Source of the DNA: a virus
Direction: 5' to 3' (one strand)
Virus record (IMG/VR): IMGVR_UViG_2974543039_000001
Span: 34,135 to 98,134 of that record
Length of the DNA: 64,000 nucleotides
The notes under the pieces were generated by a model, which was not told where the DNA came from, did not search any database, and was given only the letters and a program-made list of their open reading frames with translations. Positions 47,339 to 57,627 of the stretch are shown here, piece after piece. A program made the position numbers and the translations under genes. How positions within the stretch are numbered: position 1 is the stretch's first letter; every line of letters begins with the position of its first letter.

Positions 47339-49237
47339 ATGAAATGGAAGAAGCTAACTGCAAAGAATTTTCTGTCTTTTGAGGAGCTAACCCTTAACTT
47401 AGACAATAGGGGAATAGTCCTTGTAGAAGGCAATAACTTAACGAGTAACAAGTTCAAAAGTAATGGGTCAGGAAAGAGCTCCCTGCTTGAGCCGATCGTT
47501 TATGCCCTATACGATACCACGTCTAAAGGGATAAAAGCAGATGAAGTTATAAATAACAAAGTAGGAAAGAACACCGCTGTGATCCTTGAAGGGGTTAAAG
47601 GTGAGGATACATATCGAATAGAGAGATACCGTAAGCATACGAAAAACAAAAACAAAGTAAAATTATTTATTAATGACAAGGAAGTTACTGAGAAGTCTAC
47701 CTCTGAGACGAATAAAGCTATCCAAAAGATTATAGGGATCGACTATAACACCTTTATAAACAGTATTATGTTTTCTCAAGGGAACGGTGCTGGGCGTTTT
47801 GCGATTGCTACCGACAAAGAGAAAAAGGAGATACTTGAAAATCTCGTACACCTAGACATTTACGCACAGGCACAAGATGTGGCAAAAGAACGCCTTAAGG
47901 CGAAAGAGGACGAGATAAGAGCACGGGAGCAGGAGAGAGCCCGACTTGACTGGGAGTTCGAACGAATTGAAGGGCTAGAGCAGCAAGATCAGGCTAACTA
48001 CGAAAACACCAAGAATATGATCTTGCAGGAGCATAAGAGTATTCGAGCAAACTACGAAGCAATGGACGCCTACATTAGGGAAAACTTTGCTGCTGTCGAG
48101 GAGTTACAGAGCCGGAGTGACCAGCTCCAGCAACAAAGAGACAGTAGCCAGAACTTCAATGTATCTGCTCATTTCATGGAAGCAGTTAACACAGTCAGGA
48201 AGGAACTTGCCGATAGGAAAAGTCAGCTCCAGCAATACGAGTATCAAAAAAACGATCTAGTGGGTAAGTACAAAAAACTACAGTCCAACACACACTGCCC
48301 GGTGTGCGGCAATGAGCTAGACACTGCTCACCGAGAAAAAGAGATGGCTGCGATTAAAGAACAGCTCAAGAATGTACTTATTGCAATGAACCCTTTACAG
48401 GGCGAGGTGGGAACACTGGAAGCTAAGCTGCAGGAAGTCTCTAATAAGTACCAAGAGGAAAAAGCAAAGCAGGACGAGATAAACAAGAACTACCAGCAGG
48501 TAACTCAAGAAATTTCACAATGTGAAAATCAAGTTAAGGCGTATTATGATACGATCCAAGCATTTAAAAATAAGATCAATGCGTGCCAGAGTACGGTAGA
48601 CAAACTTTCTGCGATCCCTGAGCCTAAGCCGAGAGATAATGAAAGAAAAGTAGTAAAAGAAAAGATAAAAGCATTCCAAGAGGAAGAGTTAAAACTCCAG
48701 AAAGAGAAGTTGCAACTAGAGGATGTTGTTAAAGTATTTTCTAACTCAGGAGTTAAGTCACATGTACTCGATCTAATTACCCCTTTCTTGAACGAGAGAG
48801 CAAATAAGCACCTAGCGACTTTATCTGGTCCGGACATGGAAGTCAAGTTTAGTACACAAACTAGAAATAAAGATGGTAGTGTAGCTGATAAATTTGATAT
48901 CCAGCTAATTAATAGTGTAGGGGGAGAAAATTACAAGTCTAACTCTGAGGGAGAGAAAAAGAGAGCAGACTTGGCGATCTCATTAGCTATTCAAGACTTA
49001 GTCATGGGTCGGGGAGAGCCTCCAACAAACTTTATTGTATATGATGAGGTTTTTGATGCACTTGACAGCGTAGGAAGTGAAAACGTAGTTACTTTACTAA
49101 GAGAGCGAGTGAACACTGTGGGAACAATTTTTGTAATTACACATAGCGAGCACTTAAAGCCTTTATTTGAGAATGTTATAACCGTAACAAAAGATAAAAA
49201 TGGAGTGTCCACACTACACGGAGGAGAAACAACATGA
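47339..49237 (+). CDS. SbcC/Rad50-like ATPase subunit
   Basis: NGSGKS, CPVC hook, SEGEK signature, YDEVFDALD, ITH. Confidence 0.92.
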   Translation: MKWKKLTAKNFLSFEELTLNLDNRGIVLVEGNNLTSNKFKSNGSGKSSLLEPIVYALYDTTSKGIKADEVINNKVGKNTAVILEGVKGEDTYRIERYRKHTKNKNKVKLFINDKEVTEKSTSETNKAIQKIIGIDYNTFINSIMFSQGNGAGRFAIATDKEKKEILENLVHLDIYAQAQDVAKERLKAKEDEIRAREQERARLDWEFERIEGLEQQDQANYENTKNMILQEHKSIRANYEAMDAYIRENFAAVEELQSRSDQLQQQRDSSQNFNVSAHFMEAVNTVRKELADRKSQLQQYEYQKNDLVGKYKKLQSNTHCPVCGNELDTAHREKEMAAIKEQLKNVLIAMNPLQGEVGTLEAKLQEVSNKYQEEKAKQDEINKNYQQVTQEISQCENQVKAYYDTIQAFKNKINACQSTVDKLSAIPEPKPRDNERKVVKEKIKAFQEEELKLQKEKLQLEDVVKVFSNSGVKSHVLDLITPFLNERANKHLATLSGPDMEVKFSTQTRNKDGSVADKFDIQLINSVGGENYKSNSEGEKKRADLAISLAIQDLVMGRGEPPTNFIVYDEVFDALDSVGSENVVTLLRERVNTVGTIFVITHSEHLKPLFENVITVTKDKNGVSTLHGGETT

Positions 49238-49821
49238 AGTTAATAGTAGAAGATAATAGTAATACAGTAACACTAAGAGTTTTTACTAGAGGTAAAGACT
49301 TGGAGGAGGTGGTACTACCCAAAGAGAATATCCATTACTGGTACCCTTTCAACACTAATTTTTCATACAGGTATTCCAGCGCTAAGAAATCCCTTTATTT
49401 AATTAAGGAGAGATCGCATGTTGGAGAGAATGTCTATGGTGTAGACACGCTGAAGAAAACAAAGCCATTAGATAGTAAAGATGGCATCCCTTATCACCCA
49501 CAGGTACACCGGAGAAACTTACAAATTATTGACCGGGCGAGGCAATTAGGGATAATGACAATTGAAGACAGCTTTACTTTAGCCCTAACTGTAGCGGGTT
49601 TCCAAACTGTCTGTAACTGTATTGACGCTATTAAGTCACGGGCACAGGAACGGATGGATGACGAGGAAATTCAAGGTGTACATACCCATTTGAACGAAGA
49701 GTGGGACGAGAGGGTGTATGAAAAGTTAACAAAAGAGGAAGGTGTTTTCCTCCTAGAACTCGGGGAGATTTACGGGATGCTAACCGTGATGCGTAAACTA
49801 GCAGTAGCAAAAGGAGTGTAA
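49234..49821 (+). CDS. Hypothetical protein preceding primase
   Basis: 195 aa, overlapping stop/start. Confidence 0.6.
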   Translation: MKLIVEDNSNTVTLRVFTRGKDLEEVVLPKENIHYWYPFNTNFSYRYSSAKKSLYLIKERSHVGENVYGVDTLKKTKPLDSKDGIPYHPQVHRRNLQIIDRARQLGIMTIEDSFTLALTVAGFQTVCNCIDAIKSRAQERMDDEEIQGVHTHLNEEWDERVYEKLTKEEGVFLLELGEIYGMLTVMRKLAVAKGV

Positions 49822-49825
49822 AGCA

Positions 49826-50893
49826 ATGTTTATCGACTTACTATATCAGGAGCTCGGGGAGAGTAAGGATGCAGGGGCAGAAACTAGATTTTGTTGTCCT
49901 TTCTGTGGAGAGAACAAGCACAAAATGTACATACAAGATCACTCTGGTTTGTGGATTTGTTTTAAATGTGACGAGAGAGGTAACCCCGTTTCATTCGTCA
50001 TGAAGTACTACAATGTGAGCTATGAGGAAGCAGTGGATATCCTTGCCACGTATGATCACGATGTAGAGAACTTTAGAAACAATGGAGCAAACCCGGAGCA
50101 GTACGGTAGTCATCTAACAGAAGAAGAGCAACTTATCCTATTCATCAGCCGAGGAGGAGAGCCTCTGGAAAAAAAGGAAGAGATAAAGTACTCCTGCCCC
50201 CGTCCACCCACAAACTGTAAGTCGCTCATTGCTAACTTCAATAACCCGGAGGCTTTCCCGTTTTTCACATACCTTCACGGTCGAGGTGTTACTTTGGACC
50301 AGATAAAAGAGCATAATATATCTTATGTAACATACGGGAGTGTAGAGCTGGTAGACGGAAGACAGCTAGACTTAGTAAACCATTTAGTATTTTACACATT
50401 TGATTCCCAAGGAAACCCGATCTACTGGAATACTCGAAGTATTGATAAGGACCCGTTCATTAAGTCGTTCAACGCCCCAAGCCGAGAGAAGGAATATTCA
50501 AAAAATAACTCTATATTCAACCTGAATAATGTTAAGAATGCTGACAGGATTGTAGTACATGAAGGAGTGTTCAATAGCTTTATGACTCCCGGAGAGGGGG
50601 TAGCAACCTTCGGAAAAATGATAACCGATGAGCAGGTGAGTATTCTTCTTAGAGAGACGAAGAAGAAAAAACAGCCTATCTATCTTTTCCTTGATACTGA
50701 TGCTTGGTTTGAGATGATTAAATCTGCAGCAAAGATTAAAAAAGCAGAGCCTGAACGAGAGGTATACTATGTGTATAGTGGCTTAGAGGAAGATGCCAAT
50801 GACCTAGGTGTTGAAAGGTGTAAGCAGCTACTCGATCAAGCATTCCGGGCGGATAGTCAAGGGGAGCTTAAATTAAAACTACTAAATATGTAG
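49826..50893 (+). CDS. DNA primase
   Basis: CPFC...CFKC zinc finger; TOPRIM EG...LDTDA...DAND. Confidence 0.9.
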   Translation: MFIDLLYQELGESKDAGAETRFCCPFCGENKHKMYIQDHSGLWICFKCDERGNPVSFVMKYYNVSYEEAVDILATYDHDVENFRNNGANPEQYGSHLTEEEQLILFISRGGEPLEKKEEIKYSCPRPPTNCKSLIANFNNPEAFPFFTYLHGRGVTLDQIKEHNISYVTYGSVELVDGRQLDLVNHLVFYTFDSQGNPIYWNTRSIDKDPFIKSFNAPSREKEYSKNNSIFNLNNVKNADRIVVHEGVFNSFMTPGEGVATFGKMITDEQVSILLRETKKKKQPIYLFLDTDAWFEMIKSAAKIKKAEPEREVYYVYSGLEEDANDLGVERCKQLLDQAFRADSQGELKLKLLNM

Positions 50894-50900
50894 AAAGCTA

Positions 50901-50929
50901 TTGACGCTGTAACTCTTATATGTTACAGT
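50901..50929 (+). promoter_or_regulatory. Sigma-A-like promoter with CTGTAAC-N8-GTTACAG palindrome
   Basis: TTGACG-17-TACAGT. Confidence 0.65.
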
Positions 50930-50963
50930 GTAGTATATAGACAGTACATAAGGAGGAAATTGA

Positions 50964-51701
50964 TTGGAAAAATTAAATGTGTTCTATAAATTAGAGAAAG
51001 GGGCAGTAAAACCGACTCAGGGATACGAAGATGATTTTGCCTATGACTTGTACGCTGCAGAGGGTCGATTGGTTCCCCCATTAACATTTAGGTCTGTCAT
51101 CGTTCCTACGAATTTAAAAACTGCATTCGACCCAACAAAAGCAGGTATGAAGATATCTTTAAGGAGTGGAGCAGCTGTAAAAACTCCATTGGTTATCTCT
51201 AACTCTCCGGGAATTGTAGAGGGTACATACCGTGGGGGGATCGGAATTCTTGTCCGTAACTCTTTTATCGATAACAGCCTCGTCGACTTTGTTATGACCG
51301 TTGAAGGTAAAAAATTACCATTAAAGGACGTGCCTAGTGAAGTTTTGCAAAACGCCAAGGAGTTTTATGAAAAAGAAACTGAAATGCTTGGTTATGCGTC
51401 ACCAAGTGAAGAGCTACAGAAGGTAATATACTCTAGTGTTGTACCAAGAGGCACTGTGTATATCGCAGAGCAAGACAGAATCGCTCAGGCGTCATTCTCT
51501 CCAAAACTACCTGTAAGGTTCCTTGGACGGTCAGAGTTACCTGAGTCAGTTCGAGGAGAAAATAAGTTTGGAAGCTCAGGTGCTGCTGCGGAGCTTATTG
51601 CAAAAATTGCCCCGCCCGAACCGATAGATGAAGAAGCAAGAAAAGCTATGGCTGAGAACTTAAAAAGAGTAGTAGAAAACTCCAGAAAAAGAAGTGAGTG
51701 A
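50964..51701 (+). CDS. dut: Trimeric dUTPase with insertion and C-terminal extension
   Basis: AYDLYA, RSG, GIVEGTYRG, DRIAQ, RGENKFGSSG. Confidence 0.85.
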   Translation: MEKLNVFYKLEKGAVKPTQGYEDDFAYDLYAAEGRLVPPLTFRSVIVPTNLKTAFDPTKAGMKISLRSGAAVKTPLVISNSPGIVEGTYRGGIGILVRNSFIDNSLVDFVMTVEGKKLPLKDVPSEVLQNAKEFYEKETEMLGYASPSEELQKVIYSSVVPRGTVYIAEQDRIAQASFSPKLPVRFLGRSELPESVRGENKFGSSGAAAELIAKIAPPEPIDEEARKAMAENLKRVVENSRKRSE

Positions 51702-52062
51702 TAGAGACATGAAGGAAGCCGAGGAAAAGATTAAAATCTTTCAGTACCTATATAAGCTTCACAGCTGTACGACTACCGAGGAGAAAGAAGAGTTTATTGC
51801 AAAAGAGGGAGGGGCTCTTGTAAGCCTACAAGACGCTTCCCATGCTATTATGACCCAAGCATTAGAAGTTGTTGAGTACACTGAGTGGGCTATCGCTCAA
51901 GCTCAGCTTCTACAAGAAAAAAGGCTATTAGCCATAATCAAAGCACTTCCTAAGAATGTCCGAGAAGACGTTATTAAAGCGTTGGAAGAAGACGATGATG
52001 ACCTTCTTGATGAAAACTTAAATGAAGATGAAAAAGGAGATAATAATAATGTCACAAATTAA
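51694..52062 (+). CDS. Hypothetical protein
   Basis: 122 aa helical, acidic tail. Confidence 0.6.
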   Translation: MSDRDMKEAEEKIKIFQYLYKLHSCTTTEEKEEFIAKEGGALVSLQDASHAIMTQALEVVEYTEWAIAQAQLLQEKRLLAIIKALPKNVREDVIKALEEDDDDLLDENLNEDEKGDNNNVTN

Positions 52063-52414
52063 AAACCAAGACCCATTATCAGCTCAAGACCTCCAAACTT
52101 ACTTGAACTTCTTGTTAACGCAAAATGTAGAGAGTGAGAAACATGCTAAACAAATTAACCGACTCGCCCGACGCACTACAACACTTAGCGATGTCGTAGT
52201 ACTCTTTAACCAACTTGTACAACATCAGGAAGCAAAGATATCCCTACTAATTGATCAAGTCCGAGTACAAGAAAATATTCTGAGAAAACTAGGTGCCACA
52301 GAAGAAGTGATTGCTGAGGCGAGAGAAGAGTACCAAAAGTCCGTTGATGAGTATATTAAGAAGATAACAACGCAGCAAGGAGAAAAAGAGGACGAAGAAG
52401 GGTTAGATGAGTAA
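52049..52414 (+). CDS. Hypothetical coiled-coil protein
   Basis: ATG 52049 after AAAGGAG. Confidence 0.6.
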   Translation: MSQIKNQDPLSAQDLQTYLNFLLTQNVESEKHAKQINRLARRTTTLSDVVVLFNQLVQHQEAKISLLIDQVRVQENILRKLGATEEVIAEAREEYQKSVDEYIKKITTQQGEKEDEEGLDE

Positions 52415-52692
52415 TGGCTAAATACAAGAAGCGTCCTGTTGTTGTGGATGCGTTTCGGTTTAACGTAGACCCTGCCCCGGACTGGTTTGTAAAGAGAAAA
52501 GACGAACTGTACTATATCGGACCAGAAGTCACAATCGGATATGAAGAAGACTCTGTTTGCTGCTTTATCCATACTGAAGAAGGGACCCTGATGGGCTCCG
52601 AAGGAGACTACATTATTAGAGGAGTGAGGGGCGAGCTTTATCCTTGCAAGGCGGACATCTTCGAAGAAACATATGAAAAGGTAGAGGAGTAG
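52414..52692 (+). CDS. Widespread phage protein (PGDYG-like family)
   Basis: KYKKRPVVVDA...GDYIIRGVRGELYPCK.DIF..TY. Confidence 0.65.
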   Translation: MAKYKKRPVVVDAFRFNVDPAPDWFVKRKDELYYIGPEVTIGYEEDSVCCFIHTEEGTLMGSEGDYIIRGVRGELYPCKADIFEETYEKVEE

Positions 52693-52695
52693 TTT

Positions 52696-53250
52696 ATGGG
52701 GAAAAAGAGCAAGGTCAAAGGATCAACATACGAGCTTAAAATTGCGAAGCTCCTAACTTCTTGGTGGGGTGCGGGTACATTTAACCGTGCTCCTGCCTCT
52801 GGAGCTCTGCACTGGGGACGTGACCAGAGGGTTGCTGGAGATATTGTAGCTCCTCCGGAAGCGGATTTCCCTTTTGTGATTGAGTGTAAGAAACGGGAAG
52901 AGTGGACGATGGAACACATCCTTCTTGATATCGGACAGCCAAAGGAATGGTGGGCACAGGTAGTAACAGATGCCCGGAGAGTTGAAAAGGTACCTATCTT
53001 GATCTTCTCTCGTAACAGAGCTAAGGACTTTATCATGGTTCCTTATGACTCCAACATGTATGATAAGTTGAACAAGGTAGATAAATCTGCTATGATTACC
53101 ACGGTAAGCATCAAGAATATCAGGGACGAGATTCAGTTATTTGATGTAATTGTTAGTACATACGAGTCCCTGACCCAAGTCCCTATCCCGGAAATCAAGG
53201 AGTATGCTTCCTCTATAGACTGGGATAGGTACAAGGGAGAATATGAATAG
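52696..53250 (+). CDS. Holliday junction resolvase (PD-(D/E)xK, Hjc-like)
   Basis: KGSTYE..IAK, GDIV, IECKK. Confidence 0.85.
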   Translation: MGKKSKVKGSTYELKIAKLLTSWWGAGTFNRAPASGALHWGRDQRVAGDIVAPPEADFPFVIECKKREEWTMEHILLDIGQPKEWWAQVVTDARRVEKVPILIFSRNRAKDFIMVPYDSNMYDKLNKVDKSAMITTVSIKNIRDEIQLFDVIVSTYESLTQVPIPEIKEYASSIDWDRYKGEYE

Positions 53251-53261
53251 GGGGAAGTAGT

Positions 53262-53447
53262 GTGAAGTCAAAACGCTATAGAGCTATTTTTAGAGCATTA
53301 GGGTATCATAGAGGTGAAGAAGGTCTCTATTTTAAAAAGGATCAAGAGGGTTCTGGCTATTTTATTAAGCATATCGCTCTTGAAAAGCTTCGAGATGAGG
53401 GGCTTTTAAAAGGGTCACTGATGGAAGACATCGATAGAGTAAAATAA
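53262..53447 (+). CDS. Small hypothetical protein
   Basis: 61 aa, GTG start after GGGGAA. Confidence 0.5.
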   Translation: MKSKRYRAIFRALGYHRGEEGLYFKKDQEGSGYFIKHIALEKLRDEGLLKGSLMEDIDRVK

Positions 53448-53454
53448 TGATTAG

Positions 53455-53503
53455 AAAATTCCCTACAACTTAGTGATGGAAAGCTGAGATGTAGGGAATT
53501 TTT
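53455..53503 (+). terminator. Long hairpin, probably a bidirectional terminator
   Basis: AAAATTCCCTACA/TGTAGGGAATTTT with inner CTTAG/CTGAG pairing. Confidence 0.75.
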
Positions 53504-53596
53504 ACGAATTTATTCTCTATACAAACCCTATATTATGTGATACAATATGACTGTAACCTTCTAAAATAGACTATAACGAGGGAGGGCTATATCAGT

Positions 53597-53965
53597 TTGC
53601 TGATTACATATGAAAGTAAGACAGGCAACGTTAGACGATTTATTCATAAAGTGAAGAAGGTATACAGCCTTAATACTAAGGAGATAACAGAGAGCACGCA
53701 GGTGAATGAACCGTTTGTCCATGTAACGTATACTACTGGATTCGGTCAAGTTCCCGAGAGTACTTTAAAATTTATTGAAAACAACAAAGATAACTTGATA
53801 GGTGTGGCTGCTAGTGGAAACCGTAACTGGGGAGACTCTTATGGTCTTGCCGGAGATAAGCTTGCTCAAGCGTACAGCGTTCCCTTATTACATAAGTTTG
53901 AGATGAGTGGTACAGCAGCAGACTTAGAGAAGTTCATAACGGAGGTAAAATATATTGGAAAATAA
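53597..53965 (+). CDS. nrdI: NrdI flavodoxin
   Basis: YESKTGNVRRF, YTTGFGQVP, ASGNRNWG. Confidence 0.95.
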   Translation: MLITYESKTGNVRRFIHKVKKVYSLNTKEITESTQVNEPFVHVTYTTGFGQVPESTLKFIENNKDNLIGVAASGNRNWGDSYGLAGDKLAQAYSVPLLHKFEMSGTAADLEKFITEVKYIGK

Positions 53966-56054
53966 TATCCCTAAGTGGGTCCAGCTAAACAATGAGATCA
54001 TGATTCAGAAGGACGGCAAGTTCCAGTTTGAGAAGGACAAAGAAGCCGTTCATAGCTATTTTGTAGACTATGTCAATCAGAATACTGTGTTCTTTCATAA
54101 CCTGAAGGAAAAACTAAATTACCTGCTAGAGTATGACTACTACGAGGAAGAGTTCCTATCGAAGTATTCTTTCGAAGATATAAAAGAAGTATTCAAACTA
54201 GCGTATAGCAAGAAGTTCCGCTTCCCTTCATTCATGAGTGCTTTTAAATTTTATAATGACTATGCATTAAAGACGAATGATAAGAAGAAAATCCTTGAGC
54301 GTTACGAAGATCGGATTTCAATTGTTGCGCTCTTCTTTGCAGACGGGGATACTGCAAAGGCAAAGGAGTATGTAGAATTAATGACCAGTCAAGACTATCA
54401 GCCTAGTACACCAACATTCCTAAATGCTGGTCGAAAACGAAGAGGGGAACTTGTTAGCTGCTTCCTCATGGAAGTCGGAGACTCTCTGAATGATATTTCA
54501 AGAGCTATCGATATGTCTATGCAGCTTTCCAAGCTAGGCGGTGGAGTATCACTCAACCTTTCTAAGCTACGGGCTAAGGGGGAAGCAATTAAAGATGTGG
54601 AAAACGCCACAAAAGGCGTCGTAGGCGTTATGAAACTTCTTGATAATGCGTTCCGTTATGCAGACCAGATGGGGCAACGGCAAGGATCAGGTGCAGCTTA
54701 TCTAAACATTTTCCACCGGGATATTAACGACTTCTTAGATACGAAGAAAATATCCGCCGATGAGGATGTACGAGTGAAAACATTATCTATCGGGGTAGTG
54801 ATTCCGGATAAATTTGTAGAGATCGCACGAGAGGATAAAGATGTTTACTTGTTCTACCCTTACACAGTGTATAAAGAGTATGGGAAGCATATGGATGAGA
54901 TGGATATGAGTGAGATGTATGATGAGCTTGTGGATAATCCGAATGTTAAAAAAGAAGCAGTCAACGCTCGTAAACTCCTTGAAAAAATGGCTATCCTTCG
55001 ATCAGAGTCGGGCTACCCATACATCATGTTCCAAGATAATGTAAACAACGCACATGCAAATAACCATGTATCAAAAGTAAAATTTTCAAATTTGTGTTCA
55101 GAGGTACTACAAGCTTCTGTAGTCTCAGAGTACACAGATTACGATCAAGAGGATAAGATCGGGTTAGACATCTCTTGTAACCTAGGTTCTGTGAATATTC
55201 TGAATGTAATGAAACATAAATCCATCGAGAAAACTGTCAAGCTGGCTACAGATGCACTGACCCGAGTAACAGACACTACTCAGATTGTTAACGCCCCTGC
55301 GGTAAACCGAGGTAACCAGTTAATGCGGTCCATCGGACTCGGAGCTATGAATCTTCACGGGTACTTGGCAACTAATGGTATTGCCTATGAAAGTCCAGAA
55401 GCTCGTGAGTTCGCTAATGTCTTTTTTGCTGCTGTAAACTTTTACTCCATCGAGCGTTCGAATGAGATTGCTGTAGAAACAGAAAGCTCGTATGAAGGAT
55501 TTGAAGGGTCTACGTATGCTACAGGAGAGTTCTTTGATAAATATGTTAATAATAGCTTCCTTCCGGGGTCAGATAAAGTAAAAGCGTTATTTGAAGGCAT
55601 AGAACTACCTACTAAAGAGGACTGGGCAAGACTAAAAGAAAAGGTTATGGAAGGTGGAATGTACCATAGTTACAGATTGTGTATCGCCCCTACAGGATCA
55701 ATTTCTTATGTACAGTCCAGTACAGCTTCTGTAATGCCGATCATGGAAAGAATTGAGGAGCGTACATACGGAAACAGTAAAACATACTATCCAATGCCGG
55801 GTCTATCCGCTAACAACTGGTTCTTCTTCAAAGAAGCATACGACATGGATATGTTCAACGTAGTAGACATGATCGCTACTATCCAGCAACATATTGACCA
55901 AGGCATCAGCTTTACGTTGTTTCTCAAAGATACAATGACCACTAGGGATTTGAACAGAATCGACTTGTATGCGCATCACAAAGGCATTAAGACACTGTAC
56001 TATGCTCGTACAAAAGACACTGGGCAAGATAACTGCTTATCCTGTGTAGTTTAA
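53955..56054 (+). CDS. nrdE: Ribonucleotide reductase class Ib alpha subunit
   Basis: PSTPTFLNAG, SCFL, SNLCSE, APTGSISY, C-terminal CLSCVV. Confidence 0.97.
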   Translation: MENNIPKWVQLNNEIMIQKDGKFQFEKDKEAVHSYFVDYVNQNTVFFHNLKEKLNYLLEYDYYEEEFLSKYSFEDIKEVFKLAYSKKFRFPSFMSAFKFYNDYALKTNDKKKILERYEDRISIVALFFADGDTAKAKEYVELMTSQDYQPSTPTFLNAGRKRRGELVSCFLMEVGDSLNDISRAIDMSMQLSKLGGGVSLNLSKLRAKGEAIKDVENATKGVVGVMKLLDNAFRYADQMGQRQGSGAAYLNIFHRDINDFLDTKKISADEDVRVKTLSIGVVIPDKFVEIAREDKDVYLFYPYTVYKEYGKHMDEMDMSEMYDELVDNPNVKKEAVNARKLLEKMAILRSESGYPYIMFQDNVNNAHANNHVSKVKFSNLCSEVLQASVVSEYTDYDQEDKIGLDISCNLGSVNILNVMKHKSIEKTVKLATDALTRVTDTTQIVNAPAVNRGNQLMRSIGLGAMNLHGYLATNGIAYESPEAREFANVFFAAVNFYSIERSNEIAVETESSYEGFEGSTYATGEFFDKYVNNSFLPGSDKVKALFEGIELPTKEDWARLKEKVMEGGMYHSYRLCIAPTGSISYVQSSTASVMPIMERIEERTYGNSKTYYPMPGLSANNWFFFKEAYDMDMFNVVDMIATIQQHIDQGISFTLFLKDTMTTRDLNRIDLYAHHKGIKTLYYARTKDTGQDNCLSCVV

Positions 56055-56078
56055 TATTAATAACTAGGAGGAGATTTT

Positions 56079-56477
56079 ATGTGGGGAGACGGTTATGAAT
56101 ACGTAGGTATAGAGGACCTTAAAGGTAAAGTACTAACAGAAGTAAGAGATACGGGGTATGATGAACTGTATTTCTATACTGTAGACGGGGATTCATACCA
56201 AATGTACCACGAGCAGGATTGCTGTGAACACGTGGTACTTGAAGATATCATTGGGGACTTAGATGACCTCATCGGGGAACCTATTCTCATGGCTGAAGAA
56301 GTGACTGAAGAGGAGCCTGCACATGCATATGAAGGTGATGCTTCTGAGACTTGGACTTTCTATAAGCTTGCTACTATTAAGGGTTACGTGACTCTTAGAT
56401 GGTATGGAACTTCAAACGGTTATTACTCCGAGTCTGTAAGCTTTAAAAAGTTTGTAGGAGAGGGTACTGATGAGTAG
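56079..56477 (+). CDS. Acidic hypothetical phage protein inserted in the nrd operon
   Basis: H.QDCCE.V.LEDI.GDL..L.G...WTFYKL.T..G.V..RW.G.SNGYYSE, a recurrent phage family (DUF7448-like, from memory). Confidence 0.7.
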   Translation: MWGDGYEYVGIEDLKGKVLTEVRDTGYDELYFYTVDGDSYQMYHEQDCCEHVVLEDIIGDLDDLIGEPILMAEEVTEEEPAHAYEGDASETWTFYKLATIKGYVTLRWYGTSNGYYSESVSFKKFVGEGTDE

Positions 56478-56649
56478 TCTGAGTGAAGAGATCAAAGACT
56501 TAGAACTGCGTATTGCAGGAACCATACATCACGGAGAGTGTTTCTACGAGGAGAGTGATCTGTTAAGCCTGCTCTCCGACCTTAAGAAACTGAAAGAGCT
56601 TATAAAACAGCATTACAAAGAGAATCAGGAGGACAACTTAGATGACTAA
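56470..56649 (+). CDS. Small hypothetical protein (59 aa, not in ORF track)
   Basis: ATG after GGAGAGGG; overlaps both neighbours. Confidence 0.6.
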   Translation: MSSLSEEIKDLELRIAGTIHHGECFYEESDLLSLLSDLKKLKELIKQHYKENQEDNLDD

Positions 56650-57625
56650 TAGAATTTTTACAGCAGCAGACTGGTCAAAGCCAGAGGATGATTTTACACA
56701 AATGTTCTACAACCAGAATGTTAAACAGTTCTGGTTACCCGAGGAAGTGGCACTTAATGGGGACTTACTTACATGGAAAGCTCTCGGACCAAATGAGCAA
56801 GACACGTATATGAAGGTACTTACAGGGCTGACTCTTCTTGATACTGAGCAAGGGGATACTGGAATGCCTGCAATTGCAAAGCATGTTTCCGGGCATCAGA
56901 GAAAAGCAGTACTGAATTTTATGGCAATGATGGAGAACTCCGTACATGCTAAATCTTATAGTAATATCTTTATGACATTAGCTCCTACAGAGAAGATTAA
57001 CGAGACGTTTGAATGGGCTAAAAACAATCCGTATCTTCAGAAGAAAGCAGAGATCATCGTGTCATTATACGAGGGCATTGAAGAAGGTAGCGACACCACT
57101 CTTTTCTTGGCTATGGTAGGGTCGGTATTCCTAGAGAGCTTCCTATTCTACAGCGGGTTCTACTACCCTCTGTACTTTTACGGGCAAGGTAAGTTAATGC
57201 AATCCGGAGAGATTATCAACTTAATCATCAGAGACGAGGCGATCCACGGGTCATATATCGGGTTGCTGGCACAAGAAATTTACAATAGGCAGGATGAGAC
57301 AATGAAAAAGGCTCTAAAGCAAGTGTCTTTGGATATCCTGAAAGAGCTTTATGAAAACGAGATGGAGTACACAGCCGATGTGTACGATCAAGTAGGGCTA
57401 ACATCAGATGTTAAGAAGTTCGTTAGATACAACGCAAATAAAGCACTTAACAACTTAGGCTGGGAAGGCACCTTTGAAGACGAGGATGTTAACCCTATTG
57501 TAATCAATGGCTTGAGCACAAAGACAAAATCCTTTGACTTCTTCTCAATGAAGGGCAATGGGTACAAGAAAGCTACTGTAGAGCCTCTACAGAACGATGA
57601 CTTCTATTTTGAAGGGAGAAACTAA
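56642..57625 (+). CDS. nrdF: Ribonucleotide reductase class Ib beta subunit
   Basis: [40 protein letters not shown]. Confidence 0.97.
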   Translation: MTNRIFTAADWSKPEDDFTQMFYNQNVKQFWLPEEVALNGDLLTWKALGPNEQDTYMKVLTGLTLLDTEQGDTGMPAIAKHVSGHQRKAVLNFMAMMENSVHAKSYSNIFMTLAPTEKINETFEWAKNNPYLQKKAEIIVSLYEGIEEGSDTTLFLAMVGSVFLESFLFYSGFYYPLYFYGQGKLMQSGEIINLIIRDEAIHGSYIGLLAQEIYNRQDETMKKALKQVSLDILKELYENEMEYTADVYDQVGLTSDVKKFVRYNANKALNNLGWEGTFEDEDVNPIVINGLSTKTKSFDFFSMKGNGYKKATVEPLQNDDFYFEGRN

Positions 57626-57627
57626 AA

